DNA from: a virus
Direction: 5' to 3' (one strand)
Virus record (IMG/VR): IMGVR_UViG_3300021961_000021
Length of the DNA stretch: 64,000 nt
The notes beneath the pieces were generated by a model. That model made no database searches. It had not been told where the DNA came from and saw nothing but the letters and a program-made list of their open reading frames with translations. Below are positions 1 to 6,804 of this stretch, piece after piece (the first letter of the stretch is position 1; each line of letters begins with the position of its first letter). The position numbers and the translations under genes were made by a program.

Positions 1-165
1 TTTCTCTGGAGTATCGACACCAGCGACACGAACTCTTTCCTTTTTATAGAGATCAAATCCCAGATCGATAATGACATCGATTGTATCTCCGTCGATAACT
101 CTTTCGATTTCTTTTACTCTAAAGTTATAGCAGGACTTTCTGCTAGGAGGAACCATCGCACCCAT
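1..165 (-). CDS. Staphylococcal-nuclease (SNase/thermonuclease)-like protein, N-terminal part, runs off the window edge
   Basis: Manual translation from ATG at 165 (TAATG overlap with the upstream stop): MGAMVPPSRKSCYNFRVKEIERVIDGDTIDVIIDLGFDLYKKERVRVAGVDTPEK. VIDGDTI and RVAGVDTPE are the SNase motifs. Confidence 0.85.
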   Translation of the reverse strand, partial: MGAMVPPSRKSCYNFRVKEIERVIDGDTIDVIIDLGFDLYKKERVRVAGVDTPEK

Positions 166-272
166 TATTTTTTCTTCCCACCATTCTTAGCTTTCTTTGC
201 AGTCGCGTTGCCCTGATTCTGCTTCTTGTTCCCCGCAGAACCCTTCTTGCCCTTGTTCGGACTCTTGGACAT
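165..272 (-). CDS. 35-aa Lys-rich basic micro-protein (not in ORF track)
   Basis: MSKSPNKGKKGSAGNKKQNQGNATAKKAKNGGKKK*; its stop overlaps the next ATG. Confidence 0.65.
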   Translation of the reverse strand: MSKSPNKGKKGSAGNKKQNQGNATAKKAKNGGKKK

Positions 273-378
273 CGTTCATCTCCTTATTTGCCAGTATTAA
301 TATATAGGCAACACAATAAAGCGTGAATGCTAGTCCACAACACAATATTATGAATACACCAGGAACGAAATCTCTCAT
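187..378 (-). CDS. Small single-TM membrane protein; the hydrophilic tail overlaps the next ORF in another frame
   Basis: ORF track; hydrophobic N-terminal half FIILCCGLAFTLYCVAYILILA; ATGA overlap with the upstream gene. Confidence 0.6.
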   Translation of the reverse strand: MRDFVPGVFIILCCGLAFTLYCVAYILILANKEMNDVQESEQGQEGFCGEQEAESGQRDCKES

Positions 379-557
379 TTATCCTTTAGCAGTTCTTCTA
401 TTCTACGGCGAGTATCATCAGATTCCTTTTGCTCACGTTCGCAATGACGATATCCACGATGTCCTTTCATAATCATCGTTCCCTGATAGAACATTGTGGC
501 AGCAAATACCAACAGAAGAACCACACCAAGTGTTTCCTCAATCTTTATTGTGGACAT
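375..557 (-). CDS. Small single-TM membrane protein (start uncertain; MSTIK at 557 chosen)
   Basis: Same frame as track ORF 375..608; TM segment LGVVLLLVFAATMFY followed by a charged tail. Confidence 0.6.
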   Translation of the reverse strand: MSTIKIEETLGVVLLLVFAATMFYQGTMIMKGHRGYRHCEREQKESDDTRRRIEELLKDK

Positions 558-651
558 ACCAAATACCCATAATCGGTAAAACGACGAGAGCATAACACAT
601 TGCTCCAAGAGTATACGGATTATTTAGAACCCACTGCGCGAAGTGTCCCAT
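538..651 (-). CDS. 37-aa single-TM micro-protein (not in ORF track)
   Basis: MGHFAQWVLNNPYTLGAMCYALVVLPIMGIWYVHNKD*; packs tightly between its neighbours. Confidence 0.65.
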   Translation of the reverse strand: MGHFAQWVLNNPYTLGAMCYALVVLPIMGIWYVHNKD

Positions 652-657
652 AATTAT

Positions 658-789
658 CTAGTGTGCGGTTCCATTTCCCTTATAATGTTCTGATTCATAA
701 TAGCTCCCCTTTCTAGATCCGAAATATAAAGTAGCCAAAACAAAAGGCACTGCAACTACCACTAAAATTCTTCCAAGTAAATGTGCCAC
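658..789 (-). CDS. ndhP: NdhP-like subunit of cyanobacterial NDH-1 (auxiliary metabolic gene), 43 aa, GTG start (not in ORF track)
   Basis: MAHLLGRILVVVAVPFVLATLYFGSRKGSYYESEHYKGNGTAH*: a single TM helix followed by the NdhP C-terminal signature FG(T/S)R.G.Y....Y.GNG(S/T)AH. Confidence 0.85.
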   Translation of the reverse strand: MAHLLGRILVVVAVPFVLATLYFGSRKGSYYESEHYKGNGTAH

Positions 790-790
790 A

Positions 791-1414
791 TCAATCTCCA
801 TTGTAGTTATGTACTATAGTATGTTTCCCATACCACTGACCATTGAGTGCATACTCTCCAGTCTTATTTACATTAATATTGAAACCAATTGAAATTTTTC
901 TTTGTATATCGTTATTTGGGGTTGTAGAATGTTCTAACCAAGATGGGAATAGTATTACAGTATCTGGAAATGTTTCTACACCCATTTCCTTGTACGTGGC
1001 AAAACAACTCATATTTGCCTGAACAAGTGGACTGTGGAAATTTAAGATACCTTGACTTTCGGTTGTGTTATGATAATAACAACCTGAAAGTTCAAATCCA
1101 GGATGCATATGTTTATTTTGATTGGATCCCTTTGGATATAAATTCAACCACGATTCCGAAAGAATCCAATTAGTGTGACCAACGTAATGACTTATTGTGT
1201 TTGATAGAAATTCATTTAATCGTGGTAACTTATATGCGTGCAAAAAATCTCGCCAATAGTCTTGCTTTGACGGGTCATCCCCAAAATGCAATTCTAAAGG
1301 TTCATTGGATTCGATGTATTTTATTACCGAATCCAATTCATCGCGGATTTCTTGATCGTTATGCCTCAGTCTCAATACTGTAGATGGGAATAAGTCAATT
1401 ACTTCTGGATCCAT
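791..1414 (-). CDS. Putative 2OG-Fe(II) oxygenase, TIGR02466-type
   Basis: HMHPGFELSGCYY, ILFPSWLEH and RKISIGFN motifs. Confidence 0.8.
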   Translation of the reverse strand: MDPEVIDLFPSTVLRLRHNDQEIRDELDSVIKYIESNEPLELHFGDDPSKQDYWRDFLHAYKLPRLNEFLSNTISHYVGHTNWILSESWLNLYPKGSNQNKHMHPGFELSGCYYHNTTESQGILNFHSPLVQANMSCFATYKEMGVETFPDTVILFPSWLEHSTTPNNDIQRKISIGFNINVNKTGEYALNGQWYGKHTIVHNYNGD

Positions 1415-1435
1415 AACATAAAGATGTTTGATTAT

Positions 1436-1681
1436 TTAGTCTGGCATATCTTGTTCCAACTGCTCCAGGCGTTTTGCCCAGGTAATCCCACTTGTAGATC
1501 CTCTACAAGGATTGATGCAAGTATCATCACCAAGTTTATTACATACCAACCCTGCCAGATCGTGCGGATCTCCTTCTTTTCCTGTCCCCGACCAGTAGTG
1601 CTGCCCATTCAACCACAATGCACCACATTTGGGGCATTCCTTTCTTTCGATCTTTAGATCGGATACTTCTTTACTGTCCAT
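1436..1681 (-). CDS. Cys-rich small protein resembling a conserved cyanobacterial hypothetical protein
   Basis: CPKCGA..W...HYW.GTGK.G...DLAGLVCN.....CINP; late-promoter box upstream. Confidence 0.7.
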   Translation of the reverse strand: MDSKEVSDLKIERKECPKCGALWLNGQHYWSGTGKEGDPHDLAGLVCNKLGDDTCINPCRGSTSGITWAKRLEQLEQDMPD

Positions 1682-1715
1682 AGTGGTATGGCAATGAGGT
1701 CCTATTATACCTTAC

Positions 1716-1721
1716 TATTTA
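1716..1721 (-). promoter_or_regulatory. T4-type late promoter core (TAAATA)
   Basis: GTAAATAG on the minus strand, 35 nt upstream of the ATG at 1681. Confidence 0.55.
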
Positions 1722-1774
1722 CTAAAATGAGACATTCTTAAGACTAATATAAGACATTGGAAGAAATTATTAAA

Positions 1775-3052
1775 TTATCTCTGCTCCAACCAGTTCATTA
1801 CAGCAACAGCAGCTTTGTTTGTATTTGGTGCTGCACAAACCAGAGTGTAAATATCACTCACCGTTCCTAATTGACTTCTACCAAGTTGAAGTGCTGCTTT
1901 GGTATCAAGTTCAATCAAACTAGATCCACCACCGATAGTAAATCCTGCCAGTAGATTAGTGCCTCCAGTATAAGCAGTAGCACTAATATCATATTGGGTG
2001 ATAGTATCTGGATTTGATGGATTAGTCCAAACTGCTCCAGTAAGAGTCGGGTTTTCAACTAATCTCCAAAATACATTCGTGTTATCGTTCGTAGCAACCT
2101 GTAGAGATCTTGGGAGAACGATACCCTGAAGTGCTGTGGATTTGAGACGAATACTCAATACTGGATAGTAAGTATTAGCAGCTGTTAGTGTAGTGCCAGT
2201 AATAGCATTACCACGACTTACTAGAGTGCCGAGTTTCTCTGGTTCTCCTTCTTGAATAAGTGAGTTAGAACCCTGATAGAGATAGTGTGTTCCAGCAGCA
2301 CCACCAAAATTCTCAAGTTCACATCTGATTGGAAGGAATGGAGTAGCACACCAGACAGCGTGTTCTACGTTGGCATTATTGAATTTATGAATGATGTGGG
2401 TTTCTCCATCAATCACATAACTGAAAATAACTTGACCAGCACCATACCATTCGTAATCAATATTGATTAGGTGTTGAGCATCTGGATCTGCCGTGATCTG
2501 ACTAGGACCAGTGCCATCCAACTTATCACCATTCCAATCTGCTCTACCAACTCTTCTTTCTACTACAGAACCAGATGCTTTACTACGAATAACACAGTAG
2601 TAGTTTCCATCTCCACCATCCTCAAAGAATACACCATCGTTTTCGTTGAATACACCAAATCTTCTACGAACACCTGTTACTGGCATTTCCAAACGAATAC
2701 CAAAAGCACATTGGGTTGCTCTGCCAGGAATGTATCTCATCACAGTTCTGGTCTGTCGGATCACCTTATCTCCAACATTACTTCCAACTGACATAATCAC
2801 GTTAGAAGCATTTGGGTTGTGAGTTGCCGAAGCAGTGCCAGTTGTAGATGTATCCCAGTTATCAGTTTCTAAACCATACTGGAAAGTATTGAAGAATACT
2901 GTTTGATATGGGGATGTTTTCAATCTACTCTTTGATGTAAATTGAGGTCTCCAATCAGATTGCTCACCCCAGTGGTCAGCAAGCATTACTGTCTCAAATA
3001 AGGTTCTTTCCTGATTGAGAAAATCTTGATCTTTCTTATTCCAAATTGCCAT
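1775..3052 (-). CDS. 425-aa beta-rich hypothetical protein, probably virion-associated
   Basis: Long intact ORF rich in Thr/Gly/Val; no catalytic motif recognised. Confidence 0.7.
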   Translation of the reverse strand: MAIWNKKDQDFLNQERTLFETVMLADHWGEQSDWRPQFTSKSRLKTSPYQTVFFNTFQYGLETDNWDTSTTGTASATHNPNASNVIMSVGSNVGDKVIRQTRTVMRYIPGRATQCAFGIRLEMPVTGVRRRFGVFNENDGVFFEDGGDGNYYCVIRSKASGSVVERRVGRADWNGDKLDGTGPSQITADPDAQHLINIDYEWYGAGQVIFSYVIDGETHIIHKFNNANVEHAVWCATPFLPIRCELENFGGAAGTHYLYQGSNSLIQEGEPEKLGTLVSRGNAITGTTLTAANTYYPVLSIRLKSTALQGIVLPRSLQVATNDNTNVFWRLVENPTLTGAVWTNPSNPDTITQYDISATAYTGGTNLLAGFTIGGGSSLIELDTKAALQLGRSQLGTVSDIYTLVCAAPNTNKAAVAVMNWLEQR

Positions 3053-3055
3053 AAT

Positions 3056-3373
3056 TTATGCCAGATAAGGACCCTGATGGGTTACCTTTTTACTACTGGT
3101 GATATTTAGTGAATTACTGGTCCTGGCAATAGGATATACATTCTGAACGATTGCACCAGGATAGTCACCCTGAAGCATCTCTGTCAGTTGATTTCTGGTG
3201 GGGATCTCTCCTTCCTTCACCAACTCAATCTGGTAAAGTTCACCATTCCACTCAACATCAGCAGAATACTTTTCATCTACCTGCTGTTGCTCTGAGGAGT
3301 TGATGTAGAGGTTGCCGTTAAAGTCGCCAGAGATGTTGACGCTTTCGGATAGGAAATTCTTAAAGGATTTCAT
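3056..3373 (-). CDS. Putative internal head protein with N-terminal capsid-targeting-like sequence (true start MKSF at 3373)
   Basis: Begins MKSFKNFLSE, compared with T4 IPII/IPIII MKTYQEFIAE. Confidence 0.7.
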   Translation of the reverse strand: MKSFKNFLSESVNISGDFNGNLYINSSEQQQVDEKYSADVEWNGELYQIELVKEGEIPTRNQLTEMLQGDYPGAIVQNVYPIARTSNSLNITSSKKVTHQGPYLA

Positions 3374-3374
3374 C

Positions 3375-3719
3375 TTAACAATTCCAGGCTCTAAGGGACT
3401 TGGACAGACGATCATCGCCTGTGTTATTTTCGGGTTTCTGCCTCTTACGCATACCCTTCATCCTTGCACAGAAGGACTTACGACGAGGGTTACCAACTTT
3501 CTTACTAGGTGCCTTCAGGTCGCTACCAGGATTCTCACGCTCATAGGATTTGCGTCCTTTTTCGTTGAGACCACCTTCGGAGTTCTGTCCATCCTTCTTA
3601 GTCCAGGCAGCACCTTCCTTAACATCCTTCTCCCCATCCGACATAGGATGAGGATTGATTGCAGGTGTTTTCTCCTTTTTACGAGCACCTTCGGATATAA
3701 AGTCACTGAAAGATTTCAT
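3375..3719 (-). CDS. Basic putative internal head protein (C-terminal GGLN..G...RRKSFCARM module, possibly DUF6321-like)
   Basis: Begins MKSFSDFISE; Lys/Arg-rich. Confidence 0.7.
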   Translation of the reverse strand: MKSFSDFISEGARKKEKTPAINPHPMSDGEKDVKEGAAWTKKDGQNSEGGLNEKGRKSYERENPGSDLKAPSKKVGNPRRKSFCARMKGMRKRQKPENNTGDDRLSKSLRAWNC

Positions 3720-4465
3720 TTGTCTTTTTTGATTGCCTTGGCAATTCTGTGTGCTTTTGTAATTGTGGACTTTTTCAGGGGAGGAGTATCACCAGTAATG
3801 TCCTGTGCCTTTGCCATACCTATAGCATATGGATTGCGGGCTTCACCCATAGCAGCCTGCTTACGTTGCTTCTTAGGATTCTTAGTCCTATCCGCTGAAT
3901 ATGTATTCTCATCACGATCATCATCAGGGTCTATAGCAGCACGTTTTCTTGCTGCTCTATCATCATCGGTCATATTTGCACGACGAGACTGTGCTTCACC
4001 TGTAGAATAAGTTCTGCCAGTATTGTGCCATTCACTACCTTCGTGACCTCTCTTACGAGCATCAGCAGTAGCAGCTCTACGCTCATTCTTCTTACGATTT
4101 GCCTTGAACTGTTTGAGGGTCATTCCCTCTTCAAGATCATATTGAACTTCTTCTGGGAAAGGATTGCCAACAGTATGCTTTGCTTTCCTAGTCACTGTAT
4201 CGTGAGCAGAAATACTACGCATCTCTTTTTCTGCGTAGTCGCTACCTCGTCTTTTTGAATGCTTAGTTGTGCTAAGTTTGGGACCAGATTTTTTCTGACC
4301 GACCTTACCAGTCTTTCTCCAAGAATCTTCGGTTTCTCTTTCTGCGCGACGTTCGCGTGCAAGTTCGGCACGGTACTCATTGCCCTCAGTTTTTACATCA
4401 CAAATGCATTCTTTCTTTTTGCAGACCTTGCATTTCGATTCTTGAAATTCTCTGAATGTCTTCAT
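3716..4465 (-). CDS. Highly charged putative internal head protein with an N-terminal Cys cluster
   Basis: Begins MKTFREFQES, followed by CKVCKKKECIC; very Lys/Arg/Glu-rich. Confidence 0.7.
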   Translation of the reverse strand: MKTFREFQESKCKVCKKKECICDVKTEGNEYRAELARERRAERETEDSWRKTGKVGQKKSGPKLSTTKHSKRRGSDYAEKEMRSISAHDTVTRKAKHTVGNPFPEEVQYDLEEGMTLKQFKANRKKNERRAATADARKRGHEGSEWHNTGRTYSTGEAQSRRANMTDDDRAARKRAAIDPDDDRDENTYSADRTKNPKKQRKQAAMGEARNPYAIGMAKAQDITGDTPPLKKSTITKAHRIAKAIKKDK

Positions 4466-4605
4466 TTTTCCTGATTGTGCTTAGGGTTTGCAGGACAATT
4501 TTCTTCGTGTTTTTGAATCCACGAAAGCGGTCTCCAGTGCCCTCTAGGACTGGTCAACCCACAATACTTACATTCATAAGTGCCGTCTTCACGCAATTCA
4601 GCCAT
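4462..4605 (-). CDS. 47-aa zinc-finger-like micro-protein (not in ORF track)
   Basis: MAELREDGTYECKYCGLTSPRGHWRPLSWIQKHEENCPANPKHNQEK*: C-x2-C-x17-H-x3-C; overlaps both neighbours. Confidence 0.7.
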   Translation of the reverse strand: MAELREDGTYECKYCGLTSPRGHWRPLSWIQKHEENCPANPKHNQEK

Positions 4606-5284
4606 AATGGAATTTCCTATCTTTTGATTTAGCGGGCAGTTTGCCAGACCTTACTTTGGTTGATGAAGTCTCACCATATCCTTCAGGGTGCTTGCCTGCC
4701 TTAGTCTTACCGATAGCATCGGACGGTGATTTGCTACCCTTCTCGGTATAATGCAGTCTTGCTGGCTTGTCTTTGTCCTTTGTAATGACGGACTCTTGAC
4801 CGTGCTTACGACCAAGACGACGCATCACTTTACCAAAACGACGCTTGGACATCTTATCGGGTTTTGACGTGTGGTATGAAACCTCACGACCAGTCTCGCC
4901 ACTATCATACTTATATTCGCCCACACCTTTCTTGTGACCGATACCGTGCTTCTTGAGATCTTTCTCAAGACCTTTACGCTTGCTGCGGTTTGCCTTTTCA
5001 TCACTGCCACGGTCTGCAGAGATGTGACCAGTTACTTTTGTCTTGGACTTACTCATTGCACGAGCAAGACCACCCTCAGCAATAAAGGTCTTGAATGAAA
5101 GAACAGATTCTTGTTGGAGATTCATATCCATTGATGCGGGGGTTTTCATTGCAACATTTTGACGTTGCAATTGTAATTTCTTGATGTTCAGCATCAGTTG
5201 GCGGCGGTCAATATTTTGACGCTGCCTCTTGATCATATTGACCTTATTGTTTGATGCTGCTTGAGCGGACTGGTCTTCTGCCAT
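4598..5284 (-). CDS. SAM-lyase (T3 SAMase-like) domain protein with an internal capsid-targeting-like motif (start MAEDQ at 5284)
   Basis: ISADR...NRSK...GEYK...REVS...GQESVI...ARLHY aligns by eye with T3 SAMase VSAFR...NMSR...GCYR...EEKT...EQDCVL...AGLVY; SFKTFIAE at 5075-5098. Confidence 0.6.
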   Translation of the reverse strand: MAEDQSAQAASNNKVNMIKRQRQNIDRRQLMLNIKKLQLQRQNVAMKTPASMDMNLQQESVLSFKTFIAEGGLARAMSKSKTKVTGHISADRGSDEKANRSKRKGLEKDLKKHGIGHKKGVGEYKYDSGETGREVSYHTSKPDKMSKRRFGKVMRRLGRKHGQESVITKDKDKPARLHYTEKGSKSPSDAIGKTKAGKHPEGYGETSSTKVRSGKLPAKSKDRKFHYG

Positions 5285-5565
5285 TACTGCCTCGCTACTT
5301 TGGCACACTTGAGACCAGCACCATCGATGGTTTCCAGAGCATCTTTTTCAATGTACATTGTTTCGCCTGCGGCGATACTAATGTTTCTTGAACCTAGTGC
5401 TTTATATGTATCGGAACCACCACGTTCTGCAACAACAGCAGCATCATCTAAAATAAAAACAATGGTAGCTGCAGTGTCATTGACAACTCTCACGACAGTC
5501 GCCTTGTCAAGGTTAGTCGGGGTTGACAGAGTTACCTCTGTACCCATTACTCGTACTCTATACAT
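5284..5565 (-). CDS. 93-aa beta-rich hypothetical protein
   Basis: ORF track; directly downstream of a late promoter. Confidence 0.75.
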   Translation of the reverse strand: MYRVRVMGTEVTLSTPTNLDKATVVRVVNDTAATIVFILDDAAVVAERGGSDTYKALGSRNISIAAGETMYIEKDALETIDGAGLKCAKVARQ

Positions 5566-5588
5566 TGTTAATAAGGTCTCTTACTAGA

Positions 5589-6047
5589 CTATTTATCACG
5601 CTGTGACTTTAAGAATTTGGCAAGATCTGCAGTGCTACCAACAAACATTGTGTTATTTGTGACGGTAGTTTGTGCGGCTCCCTTAGGACCAGTCTCAAGT
5701 TCCTGCATTTTCTTTTGCAAATCAATCAACTTATCAGTTGTATCTGCAACGTTTTTGATGAGATTACCAGCAACCTCGTATGCTCGCGGTGAATCTGATT
5801 GTTGGGATAACTCAAGAATACCGTCAATCGCTTCTTGTCCCTTTTCTATGAGACTGTAGAGCTGTCCTCTACTATATTCATAATCTTTTTGTACCTGTTC
5901 TCTGGTCGCAGGAACTACCTCAGATGAGGTGGATGGTTGAATAGCACCACCTTCATCTTCAACGATTTCGGTTTCAACATTGAGTGCATCCTCAATGCCA
6001 CTAAACTTATTCGTCGATGCCTGTGACTGGGTTTCTTGAGAGTCCAT
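5589..6047 (-). CDS. gp16: Terminase small subunit (start uncertain: ATG at 6047 or ACG at 6014)
   Basis: DYEYSRGQLYSLIEKGQEAIDGILELSQQSDSPRAYEV and NNTMFVGSTADLAKFLK; located directly after g15. Confidence 0.9.
   Translation of the reverse strand: MDSQETQSQASTNKFSGIEDALNVETEIVEDEGGAIQPSTSSEVVPATREQVQKDYEYSRGQLYSLIEKGQEAIDGILELSQQSDSPRAYEVAGNLIKNVADTTDKLIDLQKKMQELETGPKGAAQTTVTNNTMFVGSTADLAKFLKSQRDK
5590..5596 (-). promoter_or_regulatory. T4-type late promoter (ATAAATA) overlapping the gp16 stop
   Basis: GATAAATAG on the minus strand. Confidence 0.7.
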
Positions 6048-6804
6048 CTGTAAATTCACTATAAAGTTCATTGAATCCGAAGTCATCATCTGCGTCTGCC
6101 GTAATAGGATCGGGTTCGACAGTATAACGAACCTCCCTAGATGCAGTAGGTGCTGAGTCTGTAGCGTAATCGACAATAACCTTCTTGATGGTTTCGTCGT
6201 CTGCAGAAGATACAGGACCGTATAGATAAGTCTTAACAGTAAAACTCAAGGTGTAAATCAGAGTTCTTCTGGTAAGATAGTCTCCTTCGTAATCATCCTC
6301 ATAACTAACTGAGTTCAAAGTTACAGGAAAATCTTTCTTCTCACCGAGTTCTGGATTTAGTGTGAGTGTAATGTTTAGTGTTGGTTGAAAGAATGGTAGA
6401 ACTTGTTCTACAATTTGAAGACCATCATCTTGGTTCTTTGCAATAATAGCAACTTCAAAATCAACGTTATATGGGATCGGCATATATGCCTTTTTTATCC
6501 CATCTACAGTTACAGTTCTAACTACCTGAGTAGGTGAAACTTTTCTTGCAGGATCATATAGGAACCCACTAATTTCAAATGAAATTCTAGGAAGCGTAAT
6601 CTGCACAGCATCTTTCTCTGTGAGATCTCCTACTTGGCGAAGTCTTGCCAAGAATTTTTGTTTGGGACCATAAGCAAGAGGAACTTTTAACCATTCCTCA
6701 GTTCCTTTATCATTCTTCCTACGAATCTCAATGTTATTGAAAAGCGTACCGAAAGCAATTACGGTCTTCCTAAAAATTTCGTTGTAATAATAAGTTCCTA
6801 ACAT
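6007..6804 (-). CDS. gp15: Tail sheath stabiliser / tail completion protein
   Basis: YYYNEIFRKTVIAFGTLFNNI, KVPLAYGPKQKF, ITLPRISFE motifs; g13-g14-g15-g16 synteny. Confidence 0.93.
   Translation of the reverse strand: MLGTYYYNEIFRKTVIAFGTLFNNIEIRRKNDKGTEEWLKVPLAYGPKQKFLARLRQVGDLTEKDAVQITLPRISFEISGFLYDPARKVSPTQVVRTVTVDGIKKAYMPIPYNVDFEVAIIAKNQDDGLQIVEQVLPFFQPTLNITLTLNPELGEKKDFPVTLNSVSYEDDYEGDYLTRRTLIYTLSFTVKTYLYGPVSSADDETIKKVIVDYATDSAPTASREVRYTVEPDPITADADDDFGFNELYSEFTDGLSRNPVTGIDE

Noticed and set aside
700-715. Apparent frameshift in the ndhP-like ORF at the AAAGGGG run
   Set aside because: Recounting the bases gives AGA AAG GGG AGC TAT, which is in frame through GNGTAH-stop.
3312-4010. 232-aa plus-strand ORF, and the many other plus-strand ORFs in the track (e.g. 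9110-10420, 31541-32122, 57938-58672, 59038-59655)
   Set aside because: They are antisense shadows of well-supported minus-strand genes, with no recognisable motifs and no plus-strand promoters. Ser/Thr/Gly-rich fibre codons produce few antisense stops.
5589-6176. Track start sites for several ORFs (6176, 5308, 3415, 59778, 60640, 61234, 63983)
   Set aside because: The extra N-termini run through upstream genes or promoter elements. Downstream ATGs fit coupling and promoter positions better.
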